A DNA stretch of 58,266 nt from an uncultured Bdellovibrionales bacterium (GTDB taxonomy: Bacteria; Patescibacteriota; Minisyncoccia; Moranbacterales; UBA1568). Under the pieces are notes generated by a model. The model was not told where the DNA came from. It was given only the letters and a program-made list of their open reading frames with translations, and searched no databases. Below are positions 1-4,935 of the stretch, piece after piece. Numbering within the stretch: position 1 is the first letter of the stretch; each line of letters opens with the position of its first letter. The position numbers and the translations under genes are program-made. The DNA is taken from NCBI GenBank assembly GCA_964500505.1, contig CAZCNN010000004.1, forward strand, positions 1-58,266, written 5' to 3'.

Positions 1-46
1 GCAATCCCTTTGGCTCCTGCCATTTGGTGGGAGCAGGGGATTGTTG
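1..46 (+). repeat. Nested GC-rich hairpin directly 5' of the tRNA-Pro fragment; member of the tRNA-flanking hairpin family. Truncated by the window edge.
   Basis: GCAATCCC (1-8) pairs with GGGATTG (36-42). It encloses CTCCTGCC-ATTT-GGTGGGAG (13-32). Contains the CAGGGGATT core. Confidence 0.4.
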
Positions 47-50
47 CTTT

Positions 51-101
51 CGGGGCATAGTATAGTGGTAGTACGAGTGGTTTGGGACCATTTAGTCTCG
101 G
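51..101 (+). pseudogene. tRNA-Pro(UGG) 5' fragment (acceptor 5' strand, D arm, anticodon arm, T-stem 5' strand); no 3' acceptor strand
   Basis: Positions 49-101 are identical to 242-294 of the intact tRNA-Pro. The match ends after CTCGG at the start of the T-loop. Downstream sequence cannot pair with CGGGGCA. Confidence 0.75.
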
Positions 102-148
102 GTTCCCCGCCTGCAACGCTTATGCGTAGCATTGCGGGCAGGGATTCC
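101..148 (+). repeat. GGTTCC-[hairpin]-CAGGGATT module occupying the T-loop position of the tRNA-Pro fragment
   Basis: Hairpin CCCGC-C-TGC-A-ACGC-TTAT-GCGT-A-GCA-TT-GCGGG (about 12 bp). 43 of 46 nt are identical to 58022-58067. Confidence 0.7.
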
Positions 149-243
149 GATACGGGTGTAGTTAGAGATAACAGCGAGTGACTTGTAATGAGACCATTTA
201 TGGTCCCTGGTAGGGTTCATTCAATAGAGCAGATTTCACAATT

Positions 244-314
244 CGGGGCATAGTATAGTGGTAGTACGAGTGGTTTGGGACCATTTAGTCTCGGTTCGAT
301 TCCGAGTGCCCCGA
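244..314 (+). tRNA. tRNA-Pro (anticodon UGG)
   Basis: Cloverleaf read by hand: CGGGGCA/TGCCCCG acceptor with C1-G72 and A73, typical of bacterial tRNA-Pro. Anticodon loop TT-TGG-GA; T arm CTCGG-TTCGATT-CCGAG. No encoded CCA. Confidence 0.93.
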
Positions 315-339
315 CATTTAGTTGCAACGTGAAGACACC

Positions 340-1353
340 ATGAAAAAGGTAGTGACCATCGGAGGAGGGACGGGGAGTTTCACGCTTCTTTCTGGACTCA
401 AGAAATATCCGATTGAGCTCTCGGCTATCGTCTCGATGGCCGACGATGGTGGCTCGACTGGTATCCTTCGTGATGAACTCGGTGTCCTCCCGCCGGGAGA
501 TGTCCGTCAGTGCCTGGTGGCCCTCTCCGATACCCCGGACATGCTCCGGGAGCTTATGAATTACCGCTTTGCCGAAGGAGGCCTCGAGGGACACAGTTTC
601 GGCAATATCTTTCTTTCGGCCCTTGAGAAAATCACGGGCGACTTTGGCAAGGGGGTAGAGGAAGCGTCTCGGATACTGAATTTCCGGGGCGTGGTTATTC
701 CTGTCACTCTTTCTGATGTGCGCCTCTTTATGATCCTTGAGAATGGTGACGTCCTCTCGGGGGAAAATGAGATCAATGTGAGCAAGAAATTTGAAAAAGT
801 GGGAGTCAAAAAAGTTTTTCTTAAACCAGTTCCTAAAGCGAACCCCTTGGCGGTGAAGAAGATTCTCGAAGCCGACCTCGTCGTGATCGGTCCCGGCAAT
901 CACTACTGCTCTATTATCCCGAATCTCTTGGTCCCGGGTATCGCCGAGGCTCTCCGGAAAACCAAGGCCAAAATCGTGTACAACTGTAACCTCATTAGCA
1001 AGCGAGGTCAGACAGATCAGTTTTCTTTGGAGGACTATATTCGTGAAGTGAATAGCTATATTGGAGCCAAGCGGATAGATTTTGTGACGTATAACAGTAA
1101 GAAGCCTGGAGCACGTTTGCTAGAGCGCTACCGTTCTGAAGGTACGCTCGTGCCGTTTCAGAAGAATACCAAGAGGAATTATCGCGTTATTCAGGCAGAC
1201 CTCCTATCGAGTGAAAAGGTGATACGGAAAGCTGAGGACAAAATCGCGTATACGCGTGCCTTTATTCGTCATGACCCAGAGAAATTGGCTCGCGTTCTCG
1301 TGATGCTCCTTGAGCTTGAGGGGTACGAGAGTATCTTGAAGGATATCGTGTAG
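340..1353 (+). CDS. YvcK/CofD-family protein (UPF0052, gluconeogenesis factor-like)
   Basis: N-terminus KKVVTIGGGTGSFTLLSGLK, then MADDGGSTGILRDELGVLPPGDVRQC and VVIGPGNHYCSIIPNLLVPGI. ATG at 340 preferred over the in-frame TTG at 322. Confidence 0.85.
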   Translation: MKKVVTIGGGTGSFTLLSGLKKYPIELSAIVSMADDGGSTGILRDELGVLPPGDVRQCLVALSDTPDMLRELMNYRFAEGGLEGHSFGNIFLSALEKITGDFGKGVEEASRILNFRGVVIPVTLSDVRLFMILENGDVLSGENEINVSKKFEKVGVKKVFLKPVPKANPLAVKKILEADLVVIGPGNHYCSIIPNLLVPGIAEALRKTKAKIVYNCNLISKRGQTDQFSLEDYIREVNSYIGAKRIDFVTYNSKKPGARLLERYRSEGTLVPFQKNTKRNYRVIQADLLSSEKVIRKAEDKIAYTRAFIRHDPEKLARVLVMLLELEGYESILKDIV

Positions 1354-1413
1354 GGATGCGGAATGTAGAAAGTAGAATGTAGAAGGCGGAATGACTAATC
1401 CGCGCGGGGCCTG

Positions 1414-1446
1414 CCCGCCATACTACTCGCAGAGTTGTAGGCGGGG
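1414..1446 (+). repeat. GC-rich hairpin CCCGCC-A-TAC...GTA-GGCGGG, related to the hairpin at 2643-2680
   Basis: 9 bp plus one bulge. Same CCCGCC..TAC / GTAGG..CGGG arms as the 2643-2680 copy. Abuts the -35 box at 1447. Confidence 0.5.
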
Positions 1447-1475
1447 TTGACAGGATTGCCAGGAGGTGCTATAAT
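1447..1475 (+). promoter_or_regulatory. Consensus sigma70-type promoter (TTGACA-17-TATAAT with TG extension)
   Basis: TTGACA at 1447-1452, 17-nt spacer, TGCTATAAT with TATAAT at 1470-1475. Confidence 0.6.
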
Positions 1476-1481
1476 GTTCTT

Positions 1482-1809
1482 TGTTCTTTGAGTTGCAGGT
1501 GATTTGATTGGTGGACAAATGTGGCTATTGTTGGCCATAGCTGTCCATCAACCAGAGGAGCTTTATGAGCCATTGCAACCAAATGTAGAGTCACAACCGC
1601 GGCGCCACGAGCCTGTGGCACCACTTTCCACTCAACCTGACGGAGGTACCAATGAGTTGACGATTGATTCCGGGGGTTGCGGCGGCCCCCACCCGGCCCT
1701 AGCTTTTATCCGATCGCTAGGGCCGCGTCATTTCTGTAGGTTTTTGACAGAAGAGTGCGAAAAAGCTAGACTGAAGCCACAGAGTTACCTCTGTTTTTTT
1801 GTTGAAAAT
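1482..1809 (+). ncRNA. Candidate structured non-coding RNA or long 5' leader (about 330 nt) upstream of the FNR-like gene
   Basis: Lies between a consensus promoter and ATG 1810. Several stems, for example GATTGGTGGACA/TGTCCATCAACC and GGCCCTAGC-12nt-GCTAGGGCC, with T-runs before 1810. The in-frame open reading uses A/T-ending codons unlike the local genes. Confidence 0.3.
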
Positions 1810-2553
1810 ATGGCCAATTTTACTCTGACACTCAAAGAACAACGAGCGGTTGCCGACGGTACCGAGCTCTTTGTATTCGACAAACCGGCTGACTTCACCT
1901 ACAAAGCGGGGCAGTACGTGGCGATGATGCTCACGAGCCTGGTGGCACCTGATACCCGCGCCGGAGTACGCTCACTCTCGATCGCTTCGGCTCCTTGTGA
2001 GGAAGATCTGTACTTTGCCATGCGCCGGAGTGACAGTGGATTCAAGCAAACAATGTTTGCTCTCCGTCCTGGTGACACGGTTGCAGTGACCAAGGCTATC
2101 GGCCACTTCACCCTCTCACATGCGAGTGACGACCTCCCGATTGTGTTCCTCATCGGTGGGATCGGGATCACGCCAGCTCGGAGTATTCTGAAACAGGCTG
2201 AGCACGAGGGGAGTACCCGGTCATTTACCGTACTCTACTCCAATCGTTTTGAGAAAGACGCTGCTTTCCACGAGGAGCTACGAGACATCAAGCTCGCGAA
2301 CTATCGCTACGTGACGACCCTCTCCCAAGAGACCACCCCCTGTGCTGGGACCAATGAAGAGCGAGGCTATATCTGTGCCGATATGCTCGGGAAGTATGTC
2401 CCGGATGTCCATGGCGTCTGGTACTATCTCGTCGGGGCGCCGGCTTTTATCGAGGCGATGGAAAAGATGCTCTCTGAGATGGGGGTAGCCAAGGAGCGCC
2501 AGGTGTGTGATCCTTTCACAGGGATGGCTACAGCGAGCCAGATGAAGAAGTAG
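1810..2553 (+). CDS. FAD/NAD(P)-binding oxidoreductase (ferredoxin-NADP reductase-like)
   Basis: FAD-binding region with KAGQYVAM and the RSLSIAS motif. NAD-binding region with IVFLIGGIGITPARSIL and YYLVGAPAFIEAM. Start set at the ATG of MANFTLTLKE. Confidence 0.8.
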   Translation: MANFTLTLKEQRAVADGTELFVFDKPADFTYKAGQYVAMMLTSLVAPDTRAGVRSLSIASAPCEEDLYFAMRRSDSGFKQTMFALRPGDTVAVTKAIGHFTLSHASDDLPIVFLIGGIGITPARSILKQAEHEGSTRSFTVLYSNRFEKDAAFHEELRDIKLANYRYVTTLSQETTPCAGTNEERGYICADMLGKYVPDVHGVWYYLVGAPAFIEAMEKMLSEMGVAKERQVCDPFTGMATASQMKK

Positions 2554-2556
2554 TAT

Positions 2557-2627
2557 GCGAGAGTAATACAATGGTAGTATGCCAGCCTTCCAAGCTGGAT
2601 ACGCGGGTTCGATTCCCGTCTCTCGCT
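2557..2627 (+). tRNA. tRNA-Gly (anticodon UCC)
   Basis: GCGAGAG/CTCTCGC acceptor, U73, anticodon loop CT-TCC-AA, T arm GCGGG-TTCGATT-CCCGT. Confidence 0.93.
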
Positions 2628-2642
2628 CAAGTGTTATATCAG

Positions 2643-2680
2643 CCCCGCCTACATCCCGCTTTGGCGGGAAGTAGGGCGGG
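2643..2680 (+). repeat. Long GC-rich hairpin in the tRNA-Gly(UCC) trailer
   Basis: CCCGCCTAC-AT-CCCGC-TTTG-GCGGG-AA-GTA(G)GGCGGG: outer 9 bp with one bulge plus inner 5 bp. Confidence 0.6.
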
Positions 2681-2782
2681 TAAACTTCCAAGCTGAAGAT
2701 GGGGGTTCCTTGCCCGACACACTGACGAAAGTCTGTGGGCGGGGATTTTTACCCGTCCTCTGGCGGGCCGGTCGCCCGCTCA
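2675..2782 (+). repeat. tRNA-Gly-like 3' half (anticodon loop to ...CCCGCTCA) carrying a hairpin insertion in the T-loop
   Basis: 2685-2709 CTTCCAAGCTGAAGATGGGGGTTCC parallels tRNA 2587-2610 CTTCCAAGCTGGATACGCGGGTTCG. After about 31 inserted nt it resumes GGGGATTTTTACCCGTC and ends GCCCGCTCA (tRNA: GATTCCCGTC...TCTCGCTCA). GGCGGGTAAA (2675-2684) can pair with TTTACCCGTC (2748-2757). Confidence 0.55.
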
Positions 2783-2793
2783 AAAAGGTAAAA

Positions 2794-2818
2794 ACCCAAG
2801 CACGTGCTTGGGTTTTTA
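2794..2818 (+). terminator. Rho-independent terminator ending the tRNA-Gly(UCC) transcription unit
   Basis: Palindrome ACCCAAGCAC/GTGCTTGGGT followed by TTTTT. Confidence 0.7.
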
Positions 2819-3096
2819 TTTATGGGTGAGGACTAGAAAACTTTCCCTTTTCATTTCCACAGATGCCACCGAACATCCCTGACTCGTTCTGCCGAACAGG
2901 GAGCTCACTGGTCGAGACCGTCCCTACTCACTCGACTGTTACCGGCTCACTCATCACGGATGCCTGCCCGCCTTCGGAGGGTTACCGTTTGACATCCGAC
3001 GGAAAGAAAAGGAAAAGTGTTTCCATGAAACTAACTCGCAGATTCTCCCTCCCAAGAATCCTCTCGGGCGAATTTTGAGCCGAAAGTTTACCCGCC

Positions 3097-3124
3097 TCAG
3101 GAGGGCAGGTCTTTTTGTGAAAAC
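3097..3124 (+). terminator. Terminator-like hairpin plus T-run in an ORF-poor region
   Basis: ACCCGCC-TCAGGAG-GGCAGGT (one C.A mismatch) followed by CTTTTTG. Confidence 0.35.
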
Positions 3125-3167
3125 AAAAAGTTTCGGATCAAACTTCAACAAAAATCTCGCTGGCCTG

Positions 3168-3190
3168 CCTGCCGGTAGGCAGGGATTTTT
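3168..3190 (+). terminator. Terminator-like hairpin CCTGCC-GGTA-GGCAGG followed by GATTTTT
   Basis: Perfect 6-bp stem. The 18-mer at 3163-3180 is the exact reverse complement of 10501-10518. Confidence 0.4.
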
Positions 3191-3287
3191 GTGGCCAGGG
3201 AGGGTTGCTTGGGAGTGGAGAATACCTAGAGGGGAATATTGAGAGCACGCCATCTCATCTCATACCGTGTATAATAGAGATACACTT

Positions 3288-4538
3288 ATGCTCCCTCTCT
3301 ATTATCGACAAAATCATCGTTTGTTTACCAGAAACCTCTTGTTTCTCGGTTTTGGGGCGCTCGTTATTTTGACTCTCTTGTATTTCTTTGTCTTTCGCAC
3401 GACACCTGAAGCGGAGGAAGAAGTAGCACCGCTCCCCGAGAATACCTCGACCCTTTCTGATTGGGTGGATGAGCAACCGATGCCGAGTGATGAGGCCGAG
3501 CGCCCGCCATCAGTCAAAGAAAAAGAGTATCCGGTCTTACCACCGCCTCCGCCACCCATCATGGCCAAGATGAAGACGCGCGGCTGTGTGGCTGACGGCT
3601 TTCTCTCCGGGTACGGTGGAGATACCAATAGCTCTATCGCCCTTATCAACCGCTCGCAGTGCTACTATCTCCACCGAGCATTAGAGACTTGGCTCGACCC
3701 ACCGGACTTTGGAGAAGCCCGAGAGATTATGGAGCGGGTGACCAAACCCAATACCGTCTATGGGATGTTTATCGCGGAAGCAATCGATACCAAAGCCAAT
3801 TACTACTATCCTGACGAAAAACGAGACTTTGACTTCGGCGAAATGTGTCGTGTAGGAAGCAAGAACTATTGGGGGGAGCATACCTGCAAGCCCTCACTTG
3901 AGCGGCCTGAGTATCGCAAGTATGTCGAGTACATCACCGATGAGGCGATGAATATGGGTATTCAGAGCTTTCTTTTTGGGCAAGTGTTCTATCAGGACAG
4001 TGCCGACCATGAGTCGAGCCGCATGCCGGAAATTATACGCCATATGCGGGATCATGCGGAGTACCTCGGACTCGAGATTATGATCGGGGCCCAGACCAAC
4101 GATATTGAAGATGAGGCCTATCTCCGACTCTTTGACTATATCGAGGGTGGTGTGGGGCTACAGCGAGACGGGAGCGTCGAGAGTGGTGCTTGCTTCTCTC
4201 GCTGGTGGAAGGAGCCAGGGGACTGGTGCTGGGCTCTCCTCTGGCACCCACGTTTTGCGGACAAGGCCAACAACGTCCTGGTGCACTTTGACTGGAGTGG
4301 CAAGCTCGGTGACGATATGAGTGTCTTTACCAGGATGAGTGAGAATGAGCGAGCCGTCACGCTCAAGCGCCTCCATGGCTACTTCACTGGTCGTAATGTC
4401 GGATTCCTTATGCCGATGCTCGCGACACTCCACAAAGACAATGGGGGCTGTAGTGGCCCCAAGAAGCGATTTTATTCGGCCAGTCGCAAGTACACTTGTC
4501 AGGATGAGGAAGTGATCAATGAGATACTGGGGAAATGA
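3288..4538 (+). CDS. Hypothetical membrane-anchored protein (N-terminal TM, Pro-rich linker, about 330-aa extracytoplasmic domain)
   Basis: Long ORF with local codon usage. TM segment LLFLGFGALVILTLLYFFVF, then PPPPPPI. ATG 3288 lies 13 nt after TATAAT (3270-3275). No family recognised. Confidence 0.6.
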   Translation: MLPLYYRQNHRLFTRNLLFLGFGALVILTLLYFFVFRTTPEAEEEVAPLPENTSTLSDWVDEQPMPSDEAERPPSVKEKEYPVLPPPPPPIMAKMKTRGCVADGFLSGYGGDTNSSIALINRSQCYYLHRALETWLDPPDFGEAREIMERVTKPNTVYGMFIAEAIDTKANYYYPDEKRDFDFGEMCRVGSKNYWGEHTCKPSLERPEYRKYVEYITDEAMNMGIQSFLFGQVFYQDSADHESSRMPEIIRHMRDHAEYLGLEIMIGAQTNDIEDEAYLRLFDYIEGGVGLQRDGSVESGACFSRWWKEPGDWCWALLWHPRFADKANNVLVHFDWSGKLGDDMSVFTRMSENERAVTLKRLHGYFTGRNVGFLMPMLATLHKDNGGCSGPKKRFYSASRKYTCQDEEVINEILGK

Positions 4539-4602
4539 GCAGTATTTTCTGTGAGGAATAGTGCTTGTTTGCTATAATACAGACATACTGAACGAGATTC
4601 TT

Positions 4603-4911
4603 GTGAAAGTTTTTCAGAAAAAAATAGAAGACTTTGTCTGCGAACACTGCGCGTTCCCGGTCTCGGGTGATGGTTATACCAACCACTGCCCCCGATGTCT
4701 TTATGGGAAACATGTCGATGTCCATCCGGGTGACCGAGCCGAAACGTGTGGGGGACTCATGGAACCAATGGGGTATGAGCGAGTCGATGGACGGGAACGA
4801 CTCATCCATCGTTGTCTCACCTGTGGGTTGGTCCGTAAGAACCGGGTGCAGGAGAGTGATGATTTTGAGGCGGTGCTCGCCGTCGCCAAGAAACAGAGTA
4901 AAACAATCTAG
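4603..4911 (+). CDS. RNHCP-domain zinc-ribbon protein
   Basis: FVCEHCAF...GYTNHCPRCLYGKHVD...CLTCG. TGCTATAAT at about 4570-4578 argues for the in-frame GTG at 4603 rather than GTG 4561. Confidence 0.65.
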   Translation: MKVFQKKIEDFVCEHCAFPVSGDGYTNHCPRCLYGKHVDVHPGDRAETCGGLMEPMGYERVDGRERLIHRCLTCGLVRKNRVQESDDFEAVLAVAKKQSKTI

Positions 4912-4935
4912 GCGCTCAAAGAAAAACAAAATTAT

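Noticed and set aside
51-148. Reading the upstream tRNA-Pro copy as a functional tRNA with a T-loop intron
   Set aside because: After removing the hairpin, the remaining 3' sequence (GATTCCGATACGGGTG) gives only a 4-bp T stem and cannot pair with the acceptor strand CGGGGCA.
1504-1809. 102-codon in-frame N-terminal extension of the FNR-like gene
   Set aside because: Codon usage is unlike the local genes. It contains terminator-like stems and T-runs, and FNR-like proteins normally begin near MANFTL...FVFDKP. Treated as a leader or ncRNA candidate instead, though the absence of stops keeps this slightly open.
2863-3253. ORFs 2863-3078 (+, 71 aa) and 2954-3253 (-, 99 aa)
   Set aside because: They overlap each other, have no ribosome-binding site and no motifs, and lie in repeat- and hairpin-rich DNA.
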